Of a DNA stretch of 59,261 nucleotides, positions 30,984-39,247 are shown piece by piece. The notes beneath the pieces are model-generated. The model searched no databases. It was not told where the DNA came from and saw only the letters and a program-made list of their open reading frames with translations. The DNA lies in the NCBI GenBank assembly GCA_913052165.1, contig CAJXEC010000004.1, forward strand, positions 1 through 59,261, given 5' to 3'. The position numbers and the translations under genes are program-made. Origin of the DNA: an uncultured Rhodospirillaceae bacterium (GTDB lineage: Bacteria > Pseudomonadota > Alphaproteobacteria > MPNO01 > UBA2964). Numbering within the stretch: the stretch's first letter is position 1; each line of letters opens with the position of its first letter.

Positions 30984-31784
30984 CTATACAGCTTCCTGGA
31001 TGACTTTCTTGACCCCCGCTTCATTTTCTTTTCCTTTGGAAGCCATCAATGTAATGAAATCATCGATAAACCATTGGCGCATTGCTATCTCGTAGTTAGG
31101 ACGAGCGCAAATTTTCTTAAACCAAGCCGCAACTCTGGGGCGCGTGTCAAAGAGCCAATCTTGTTTTAAATGCACAACTCTGGTGACATAGGGGGTTAGA
31201 GCAATATCGGCCAGGGAGTATGCATCCCCCGCAATCCATGGGTATCGGTGTAAATCGGCTTCCATTTCGTCCAGCATCTTCACGATGCGAGCGATCGCCG
31301 GTTTAAAAAAATTGGAGTCTACGCCTTCCAGCACGTTCTCGGTCATCCTCCGTCTTTTTTCTGGATTTACGTAACCGTCGAGTGTCTTTTGAAGTTCTTC
31401 GGAAGTTTTACCTTCCATGAATTGATATCTGAAAGCGATGCAGGCGCTAATTGTTGCGCTTGCAGCATGGAGCCCCTCATCTAGCTGCTTCACCCATCTT
31501 CTCATCAATGAGCGTTCATATGGGTCTGTAGACCTCAGCGCTGGTTCTGGAAACACATCATCCAGATATTCATCAATTACGGCTGATTCATAAATAATTT
31601 TTTCATCATGAATAATGGTCGGGACAACTCCATTTGGATTCAACTCGAGATACTCTGGTTTGTGCTGATCACGGGCGCGCAAGTTGAAATGATGGGAGTG
31701 AAAATCTTGTCCTTTCTCAGCCAAGGTGAGCCTCACTTTTTGAGAGCAAGTTGACATACCATTATGGTAGAGTTCTATCGCCAT
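30984..31784 (-). CDS. Glutathione S-transferase family protein
   Basis: STCSQKVR, LNPNGVVP, ESAVIDEYLDD, YSLADI. Confidence 0.9.
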   Translation of the reverse strand: MAIELYHNGMSTCSQKVRLTLAEKGQDFHSHHFNLRARDQHKPEYLELNPNGVVPTIIHDEKIIYESAVIDEYLDDVFPEPALRSTDPYERSLMRRWVKQLDEGLHAASATISACIAFRYQFMEGKTSEELQKTLDGYVNPEKRRRMTENVLEGVDSNFFKPAIARIVKMLDEMEADLHRYPWIAGDAYSLADIALTPYVTRVVHLKQDWLFDTRPRVAAWFKKICARPNYEIAMRQWFIDDFITLMASKGKENEAGVKKVIQEAV

Positions 31785-31851
31785 TACCCCTCACATATTT
31801 TTCCAAATCAAGTTAATAATTGCCGCTTCTACCGTCCACTCCTCACTCGCT

Positions 31852-32772
31852 TTAGCGCTTTCGAGCGGTCTTTTTTGCTTTTTTTGCCGCTGCTTTTTTA
31901 CCGGCAGATGTCTTTTGACCAGACGCACTCTTAACCCGAGCAGCGGCCTTCTTAAGATCCAATTGACCCAACCCTGGGCGATAGCTTTTTTCGTCTAAAA
32001 ACTGTCTTATACCCTCATCGCGACCCGGGATCGGATCAGTTGCTTTGCAAGCGACGCTCTTTGCGTTGAGGTAATCTGCAGCCTCAGGCTCATTCATCCG
32101 ACGTACGCTCCTAATTGCTTCCTTTGTGTATCGCATAGCATTCGGGCTTTTCGTCATTAATTTTTTAGCCAACTTTACTGTTTCAGAGCGTAGCTTGTTC
32201 GCTGGGACAGAATAATTAACTAGGCGAATTTTTTCAGCCGTCCTTCCATCAAACGGATCACCTGTAACCGCATAGTAAAGGGCGTCTCGATAGGAGAGTA
32301 CATCGGCAACGTTCCAGCTGACGATGCCGCCAGGAATAATTCCCCAATTTACCTCGGACAATCCGAACGTTGCATTATTTGCTGCAATCGCGAAATCACA
32401 AGCGCAAAGCTGCGTAAATGCACCGCCAAAACAAAAACCATTCACCGCCGCAATCGTAGGCTTAGGAAAATTCACAAGTTTGTGCCAACGCCATGAACTT
32501 GATGCGGCACGCGCTTTAGCGCGCGTCTTCGGGTTATCTTGGTTGGCCCTAAAATAAAGCGCAAGATCCTGACCAGCACTAAAAGCCTTCCCAGAACCGG
32601 TTAACACGAGCACCTTGACGTCATCATCATCTGCCAGGAGATCTAGGGCATCCGCGCACTCCATGTGTAGCTCAGGGCTCATTGCATTTCGTTTCTCAGG
32701 CCGATTTAAAATTAACCAACCAATACCCTGTCCTTTTTCGATCTTGATATTATTGAATTTATACTCTGACAT
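31852..32772 (-). CDS. p-Hydroxycinnamoyl-CoA hydratase/lyase (crotonase family)
   Basis: NRPEKRNAMSP, AGQDLALYFR, W.W.KL, CFGGAFT, GLSEVNWGIIPG, FLDEKSYRPGLG typical of HCHL/Ech; Lys/Ala-rich tail. Confidence 0.85.
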   Translation of the reverse strand: MSEYKFNNIKIEKGQGIGWLILNRPEKRNAMSPELHMECADALDLLADDDDVKVLVLTGSGKAFSAGQDLALYFRANQDNPKTRAKARAASSSWRWHKLVNFPKPTIAAVNGFCFGGAFTQLCACDFAIAANNATFGLSEVNWGIIPGGIVSWNVADVLSYRDALYYAVTGDPFDGRTAEKIRLVNYSVPANKLRSETVKLAKKLMTKSPNAMRYTKEAIRSVRRMNEPEAADYLNAKSVACKATDPIPGRDEGIRQFLDEKSYRPGLGQLDLKKAAARVKSASGQKTSAGKKAAAKKAKKTARKR

Positions 32773-32820
32773 TTTGCAGTTCCCCATTATCTCTTTTTAC
32801 AAAGTTATCAGGGGGTTTCG

Positions 32821-32851
32821 AAAACGAAAAGCCCGGCTCAAGGCCGGGCTT
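32821..32851 (-). terminator. Intrinsic terminator after the second dctM
   Basis: GCCCGGC/GCCGGGC stem with a T tract on the minus strand. Confidence 0.75.
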
Positions 32852-32871
32852 ATAATTTTAGTAAAACTTGG

Positions 32872-34188
32872 TCACCCCATAAGACTGGGTAAATAAAGGG
32901 CCAAACCGGGTGCAACGACAAGAATAATGATCAGGATCAGGTCACAGAACAGGAAGGGAATGGCTGCTGCTGCCACTTCAAACAATGTTGTTCCTCTGAC
33001 CATTCCCAGCATGATAAATAACAGCAAGCCGAAAGGCGGTGTTGTTGCACTCATCTCTAATGCCATCAGGACAATAAGTGAAAACCAAATTAAATCGTAG
33101 CCCAATGCCGCAGCTAACGGATAAAAAATTGGCACTGTAATCAACATCATAGAGACTTGATCCATAAACATTCCAAGCAGGATTAATACGAGGAACATTG
33201 CCGTCAAAATGACCAGAGGGGCCACTTCAAAGCTTGTTGCCCACGCTACTAACCCTCTGCCAGCACCTGATATAGATAATAATTGGCTGAACACCGTCGA
33301 GTTCATAAGAATAAAGAAAACCATTGCAGCAACCCGTATGGTTCCCTCAAGTGACTTCGCAATATTCTCAAAGCTCAGCATGCGACGCACACCTGCAAGG
33401 ATAAATACGCCCACCACACCAAAAGAGGCTGACTCAGAGGGCGTTGCCCATCCTAGAACTATGAACCCAATTACTAGGAAGACAACAAACCCCATTGGTA
33501 AAATATTGACACCAATCTGATAGAATTTCTGCCCCCAAGTGGTTGGCTCTACATCGTAAGATGGCGCTGATTCAGGATTGCGCCATAGTTGGAATGAAAT
33601 CATTGCTGCGTAGAGTGTCGCCAGAACAAAACCCGGGAGCAAGCCGGCAATTAAGAGCCGTCCAACATCGACATTCGCGATACTTGCCAGCAAAACGCCC
33701 AACGAGGATGGGGGGATAATCATGGCCAGGCCCCCAGTTCCAAGGATTGGCCCCATGGACATCTTTTTACTGTAACCACGCCGCGTCATCTCTGGAACAA
33801 GCAACGAACCCAGCATCGCGGTATTCGCCATCGTGGAACCTGTTAGCGTGGAGAAAAGCGAACCTCCAATTACTGTGAGAAAACACAACCGCCCTGGAAT
33901 CTTCCCAAGCAATGTATCCAACGCGTCAAAAACTTTGATTGCGAGCCCCGTATGAAAGAACATTGACCCCATAAGGATGAACATAGGAATCGGTGATAGA
34001 GTAAAGGTTGTTATCAAGTTTGTGGCATTGTCCGCGATCTGCGGCAGAACTGGCCAACCTCCAGAGAAAACAAAAATACCAACGATATTTGTCGCCATAA
34101 AGGTGAAAGCCACGGGTATACCAAGAGCCATGCCGGTGATAATGCAACCAAGTAGGAGGCCTCCTGCCTCATACCACTCCATACCCAT
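32872..34188 (-). CDS. dctM: TRAP transporter large permease
   Basis: GTGGLAMIIPPS, ATPSESA, TPPFGL; paralog of 23157-24470. Confidence 0.92.
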   Translation of the reverse strand: MGMEWYEAGGLLLGCIITGMALGIPVAFTFMATNIVGIFVFSGGWPVLPQIADNATNLITTFTLSPIPMFILMGSMFFHTGLAIKVFDALDTLLGKIPGRLCFLTVIGGSLFSTLTGSTMANTAMLGSLLVPEMTRRGYSKKMSMGPILGTGGLAMIIPPSSLGVLLASIANVDVGRLLIAGLLPGFVLATLYAAMISFQLWRNPESAPSYDVEPTTWGQKFYQIGVNILPMGFVVFLVIGFIVLGWATPSESASFGVVGVFILAGVRRMLSFENIAKSLEGTIRVAAMVFFILMNSTVFSQLLSISGAGRGLVAWATSFEVAPLVILTAMFLVLILLGMFMDQVSMMLITVPIFYPLAAALGYDLIWFSLIVLMALEMSATTPPFGLLLFIMLGMVRGTTLFEVAAAAIPFLFCDLILIIILVVAPGLALYLPSLMG

Positions 34189-34190
34189 CG

Positions 34191-34706
34191 CTAGACCCCG
34201 TCCTTTACTTCACCCAAGTCATACGAGTAGTAGGACCGCAATCCCGCAAGATACATGCAGAATTCTAAACCCACCAATCCAAAGCATATCGGTAATGGAA
34301 GAAATTGAGACCAATAGGGCATATCCACACCCCGCACATCAAGCTCGCCCCCGATCCAATAATCGACGAATATCCCCCAACACAGATAGGCGGAGAGAAA
34401 AGCCATACATGCGCACAACAAGTAAACGCATTTAGCAAGAGGTTGTCTGACAGAATTAGGCAGAGCAGTTACCAGAGCCTCAATTACCACATGACCCCGC
34501 TCCCTGACCAACCATGGGGCGGCCAGCATCGTCATGTATAAAAGAGCGTATTCCACAAATGTTGAGGTGAATAAGGGGGGGTTATTTCCAGATAACCTAA
34601 TTGTCACATCAACTGTAATTCCAATAAACATGCAGGGTATCAATGCGGCCGCAATCCACATCATCCATGTGGAAAGCCTTTCCAATGAAGAGTCCAAAGC
34701 GCTCAT
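34191..34706 (-). CDS. dctQ: TRAP transporter small permease
   Basis: 4 TM, GHVVIE; GGAGG SD. Confidence 0.88.
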   Translation of the reverse strand: MSALDSSLERLSTWMMWIAAALIPCMFIGITVDVTIRLSGNNPPLFTSTFVEYALLYMTMLAAPWLVRERGHVVIEALVTALPNSVRQPLAKCVYLLCACMAFLSAYLCWGIFVDYWIGGELDVRGVDMPYWSQFLPLPICFGLVGLEFCMYLAGLRSYYSYDLGEVKDGV

Positions 34707-34760
34707 TTATTCTGTCCTCCCACGACCCTTAGATTTGGTCTGAGCCAGGTAATTGGGGGC

Positions 34761-34789
34761 ATACTGGCCAGTGTTGGATTTATTGTCAA
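34761..34789 (-). promoter_or_regulatory. Putative sigma70 promoter for dctQM
   Basis: TTGACA-17 bp-CAGTAT on the minus strand, downstream of the dctP terminator. Confidence 0.4.
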
Positions 34790-34811
34790 ACGATCAAGTC
34801 CCACAACCGGC

Positions 34812-34843
34812 AAAAAAAAGGCGCCGATATTATCGGCGCCTTT
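34812..34843 (-). terminator. Intrinsic terminator after the second dctP
   Basis: AAAGGCGCCGATA/TATCGGCGCCTTT stem with T8 on the minus strand. Confidence 0.85.
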
Positions 34844-34865
34844 CTTAGGAACGATAATCGCTCTT

Positions 34866-35906
34866 TTATCGCTTTTCGTCCAGAGTTCGACCAGTATCAA
34901 CCTGACGATTTGGCTTCCCGTCGACGTACATAAGCTTTGCAAGCTCATCAGCGTACTTGGGTGACCGCTTCTTTAATTCTTTCCAGATCTCACCATGAGC
35001 AATAGAGAGATACTTCGCTGAACCTTTACCAAGTTTAATTGTTTTCATTGGAGACTTTGCGATAATTTTTTCTTCTGCTAAGCGCTCCTTTTCAACAAAT
35101 TTGACCGAGCTAGTTTCATACTCGATCGCAACTTTGTTCATTATATCTTTCTGTTTTTGTGTGAGGCTTTTCCAGACTGCCGGGTTAACAGTAATAACCT
35201 GGTTTGTCTGATAGAAATTCGGAAAAACCCGGTATTTTACGATGTTGTGGAAGCCCAAAGCCACTGCCGAGACGTCTGTAAACCCAAAACCATCGACGGT
35301 TCCTCTCTGAACAGCCGTGAAAATCTCGGAGGATTTTATATTAACGGTCGTCGCACCAAGCGCTCTGAAAAGAGGCCTGTAGGTACCAGTTGCGCGCATC
35401 TTGAAGCCCTTAAGATTTGGAACTCCATTCGCATCCATCGGCGGCTGCTTAGTCAAATACATGTAATAGGAAGTCATGTTTTCTCCCCAGCAAAGCAAGT
35501 GAGCCCCCGCTTTCTCCATGTAAATTTTCTGTAAGATTTCCCAGGCGCCATTTTTTCTCAGGACCTTGGGACCTTGGTTTGCAGCCAACAACGCGTAGCC
35601 TTCCGGAACTGTTCCGATGTAGTAAGCCGTTGGCGCAGAAAGAATATTGAATTGCCCACGCTTTAGAGCTGCTGCAGCTTTTCTCGGCGGCACAACTTCC
35701 TGTCCGCCAACGTAATTAACTTTGAGCTGTCCTTTACCTGCCTTGTTCAAGGCAGGAATAAAAACTTCTATCGCGCTTCGGGCCAAAACGTTGGTCCTTT
35801 GAAGCGCCGTAACCATTGTGAGATCCTTCGCTTGAAGCGCGCCCTGGGTCACACCGAGTGTGGCCGCGGCCGCAACCAAACTTAGGGTTGCCTTGTAAAA
35901 TTTCAT
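34866..35906 (-). CDS. dctP: TRAP substrate-binding protein
   Basis: Signal peptide, GGQEVVP, GFKMR (conserved Arg), EIFTAVQRGTVDG. Confidence 0.88.
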   Translation of the reverse strand: MKFYKATLSLVAAAATLGVTQGALQAKDLTMVTALQRTNVLARSAIEVFIPALNKAGKGQLKVNYVGGQEVVPPRKAAAALKRGQFNILSAPTAYYIGTVPEGYALLAANQGPKVLRKNGAWEILQKIYMEKAGAHLLCWGENMTSYYMYLTKQPPMDANGVPNLKGFKMRATGTYRPLFRALGATTVNIKSSEIFTAVQRGTVDGFGFTDVSAVALGFHNIVKYRVFPNFYQTNQVITVNPAVWKSLTQKQKDIMNKVAIEYETSSVKFVEKERLAEEKIIAKSPMKTIKLGKGSAKYLSIAHGEIWKELKKRSPKYADELAKLMYVDGKPNRQVDTGRTLDEKR

Positions 35907-36095
35907 TCTATTCTCCCTATTCCCAAAAACTAAACTAATACTTCTTTGATCACATCGCCGCGCAAATTAACAGGAAGACGATCTGAGTCAAATATTGAAT
36001 GCGCTCTTTCGAGAGATTATTCGCCCCCCCAGACAAAAGCTTCCGGATAGTGCCTCAGCTCTCTAACTCCTTCAAGTAAATTTTAAAAGTACAAA

Positions 36096-37760
36096 CTACC
36101 AATGGTCTAAATCAGACCAACCGTCCTCGGTATCACGCACCGAGGTTTCTGGCACTAGACCTTTTTGTTGGCGCTGCAAAGTGCGTTGACCGTTTTCCAA
36201 GTAATCACCCTCGGCAGCACGTTTTGCCCCTTGATGCCAAACATCATTCCAATCACCCAAAGAATAGCCAAACCACGGTGGCATCGGCTTTACAGCAGGG
36301 AGGCCCAATTTGTTCCAGAGAGCCAAACCCTTTTCCATGTATTCTTGTGTAGGCAAAGCTACCGGCGGCATGGGGCTTTTCATTGTGGCGTCCATGAGGA
36401 GTGTCGAGTCTTCCTCTCCCGCATGCTCGCGCTTAGGCCCATGACCCTGTCCCCGATGTGCCAATGTTTGCACATCCTCACCAGGATTCATCCGATATGC
36501 CATTGCCCAGAGCATGGCGTCGGCATTATCTGGATCAATATCCTCATTTACCGCAATGCAAATTTTACTGCAGTCACCCTTAAAAAAGGCAGCTCCATAG
36601 AGGGCGCGCCAAATTTCGGTTTTAGGTGTATCTCGCTCAACAGTTAGAATCGTCACGCGAAGTAGGCCGGTAAGTGGCTCGTGGAGAGAGACTTTTTTGA
36701 CGCCTTTAACGCCCAAAGCATCTCTGAGATGCGTTAAAAATAAAGGTTCATAAGCCACTCTTTTTATTACGCTCGACTCTGAGGGAGCCGCTTGACTGAT
36801 GTAAGACGTCAAAATCGCATTTTTACGTCTGGTGATCGCCGTTATGCGCATTGGCATATTGAACTCTTCAAGAGCTACGTGGCCATGGCTCTCACCAAAC
36901 GGACCCTCTGGCTCCACCATCTCAGTGTCAACCAGACCTTCAATAACAAGTTCAGCTTCGGCTGGAACCATCAAATCGACAGTTCTGGCCTTCACAATAT
37001 TGATGGAAGCACCGGCCAAACCGCCGGCTATGGCCATTTCATCCATATCGAGCGGTAATTTCTGAGGCCCCATAAAAGCAACACACGGGGGACACCCAAG
37101 TATAATTGCGACGGGCATTTCTTTATCTCCCCTCTCGCGATGTTTTTTGTAGTGCTGGTAACCACCAGCACCTCCCACTCTTGTCGCCATTCGGACTACA
37201 AGACGATCGGCGGCTTTCAAACCCGCGCGATAAGTGCCCATATTTTGAATACCAGTCTCGGGATCCTTGGTCACAACATTGGTTGAGGTCAACGTTGGAG
37301 CGTTGTCAAAACCTGGGGTGGAGACAGGGATCGGCAAGGAGTCCAATCCTTTTCCGGCGCCAATTAAATCTTGGCCTTCAATGATGACCTCGTGGCAACG
37401 CGCCTCCGAAACTTCGGATGCGGGTATCGGATTAGCTATTGCTTGCTCCCATTTTCTGCCTATTTCTTCCACCGGCACACCCATGCCAATGCTATAAATA
37501 TCCTGATTGGCGGCAAGGGCTCCTACGACAATCGGGAGTTCATAAGACCTTCCCTTCGCATTTTGGATATTTCGGAATAAAAACGCCTTGCGCTCAGACT
37601 CCCTCAAGCCCCCAACGAATTGCCATCTCACCAGAGTGTGCATCTCTGAGTCCTTGTCCACTGGGTCATCCACAGTTACCAACAGGCCTGCTTTCTTTAG
37701 AGCTTCGATGTGCTCGTGAAGGTCGGGATAAGCACGATTGGGATCACTCATCATATCCAT
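36096..37760 (-). CDS. UbiD family (prFMN-dependent) decarboxylase
   Basis: TKDPETGIQNMGTYR, VPAEAELVIEG, EGPFGESHG, EDIDP...LWAMAYR, DAT. Confidence 0.9.
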   Translation of the reverse strand: MDMMSDPNRAYPDLHEHIEALKKAGLLVTVDDPVDKDSEMHTLVRWQFVGGLRESERKAFLFRNIQNAKGRSYELPIVVGALAANQDIYSIGMGVPVEEIGRKWEQAIANPIPASEVSEARCHEVIIEGQDLIGAGKGLDSLPIPVSTPGFDNAPTLTSTNVVTKDPETGIQNMGTYRAGLKAADRLVVRMATRVGGAGGYQHYKKHRERGDKEMPVAIILGCPPCVAFMGPQKLPLDMDEMAIAGGLAGASINIVKARTVDLMVPAEAELVIEGLVDTEMVEPEGPFGESHGHVALEEFNMPMRITAITRRKNAILTSYISQAAPSESSVIKRVAYEPLFLTHLRDALGVKGVKKVSLHEPLTGLLRVTILTVERDTPKTEIWRALYGAAFFKGDCSKICIAVNEDIDPDNADAMLWAMAYRMNPGEDVQTLAHRGQGHGPKREHAGEEDSTLLMDATMKSPMPPVALPTQEYMEKGLALWNKLGLPAVKPMPPWFGYSLGDWNDVWHQGAKRAAEGDYLENGQRTLQRQQKGLVPETSVRDTEDGWSDLDHW

Positions 37761-37806
37761 CTCATATTGCTTTCATTGATGCGGAGTTATGTCACAGAGG
37801 TCTGTA

Positions 37807-37835
37807 TTGACAACCCCCACCGCCATTCTTAGGGT
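37807..37835 (+). promoter_or_regulatory. Putative sigma70 promoter of the Mo-hydroxylase operon
   Basis: TTGACA-17 bp-TAGGGT. Confidence 0.4.
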
Positions 37836-37883
37836 CCGGGCGTATAATAGCATGATAACCCTTATCTTTACTTAGAGAATGTC

Positions 37884-38765
37884 ATGAAAGCAGCTTCATT
37901 TGATTATATTCGAGCCAAGTCTATCGATGAGGTTTGTTCAGCTCTCAATCAAGGAGATGGTGAGGCACAGATTATTGCCGGGGGCCAAACGTTAATTCCC
38001 CTTATGGCTATGCGCATGTCCCGACCTCAAACATTAGTCGATATCAATGACATCGAAGAGCTCCGTGGAATAGAAGTTGCAGAAAAAGTGGCCATGATCA
38101 AAGCCGGAACAAGACAAGCAGATGTCCTAAGCTCAATCGAGATCCGCAACAATCTGCCAATATTGTCAGAAGCCCTTGGGCACGTGGGTCATACCCAAAC
38201 TCGGAATCGGGGAACAATTGGCGGCAGTCTAGTGGCAGCTGATCCCTCCTCCGAGATCTGTCTAATTGCGCAACTGCTTGATGCCACAATGATCGCAAAA
38301 AGCACAGCCGGAACGCGGTCTATTCCCGCGAATCAGTTCTTCGACTCAGCCATGGTGACCAGTTTGAAAGACGGGGAGTGCCTCATGGAAATTGATTTTC
38401 CAATTTGGAATCAAAAGCGTACTGGTTTTGGATTTCATGAAACAAGCATTAGAGATAGTGATTACGCTCTGGCCGCGGCGTCCGCCCAAATTGCCATCGG
38501 TGGTAACAACAAGTGTGAGCGCGTCCACTTGGCGGTAGGAGGCGCGACTCCGAGCCCTCTGCGTCTCAATGAGGTCGAGACAGCACTTATAGGGTCGGTC
38601 CTTGATGATAGCGTAATTGATGATGCGGTCTCGTTGATTCCGAACTTACTGGAACCTCAATCAGATGTGCACGCAAGTGCGGAATATAGGCGCCGTGTAA
38701 CATGTGTTTTAGCGGCACGTGCGATTCGAGATGCCCGTGACCGGGCACAAGGTAAATTTTCATGA
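37884..38765 (+). CDS. Xanthine dehydrogenase family FAD-binding subunit (CoxM-like)
   Basis: AGGQTLIP, TRNRGTIGGS, DVHASAEYRR. Confidence 0.92.
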   Translation: MKAASFDYIRAKSIDEVCSALNQGDGEAQIIAGGQTLIPLMAMRMSRPQTLVDINDIEELRGIEVAEKVAMIKAGTRQADVLSSIEIRNNLPILSEALGHVGHTQTRNRGTIGGSLVAADPSSEICLIAQLLDATMIAKSTAGTRSIPANQFFDSAMVTSLKDGECLMEIDFPIWNQKRTGFGFHETSIRDSDYALAAASAQIAIGGNNKCERVHLAVGGATPSPLRLNEVETALIGSVLDDSVIDDAVSLIPNLLEPQSDVHASAEYRRRVTCVLAARAIRDARDRAQGKFS

Positions 38766-39247
38766 GTAAAAATTCGGTACACATAACTGTAAATGGCACA
38801 GCCTACAAAAGAGAAATTGAGCCGCGTTTAACACTGGTAGATTTTCTGCGTGATGAACTCGACCTCACTGGGACCCATGTAGGCTGCGAGCATGGAGTCT
38901 GCGGTGCATGCTCAGTAATCATGGATGGGCGTCCGGTACGATCTTGCCTGATATATGCCGTAATGGCGGATGGACACGATTTCGTCACCGTGGAAGGTCT
39001 GGGGAGTAAAGACGGTTCGCTGTCCCCTATCCAAGATGCATTTTGGGAAAATCACGCAATGCAATGCGGCTATTGCACCCCAGGCATGCTAATAGCATGT
39101 CATCATCTTTTAGAGGAAAATCCAGACCCCACAGAAGAAGAAATTCGGGAAGCTATTGGTGGTAATCTCTGTCGTTGCACCGGCTATCAGCAGATCGTCG
39201 AAGCGGTGAAAATAGCCGCCCAAAAGATTCACGGGGTAAATCTATGA
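38762..39247 (+). CDS. Xanthine dehydrogenase family 2Fe-2S subunit (CoxS-like)
   Basis: GCEHGVCGAC, QCGYCTPG, GNLCRCTGY. Confidence 0.95.
   Translation: MSKNSVHITVNGTAYKREIEPRLTLVDFLRDELDLTGTHVGCEHGVCGACSVIMDGRPVRSCLIYAVMADGHDFVTVEGLGSKDGSLSPIQDAFWENHAMQCGYCTPGMLIACHHLLEENPDPTEEEIREAIGGNLCRCTGYQQIVEAVKIAAQKIHGVNL

Noticed and set aside
36096-37760. Ubiquinone-pathway ubiD, given ubiK and coq7 in the window
   Set aside because: Longer than canonical UbiD, divergent motifs, catabolic context and far from the ubi genes.
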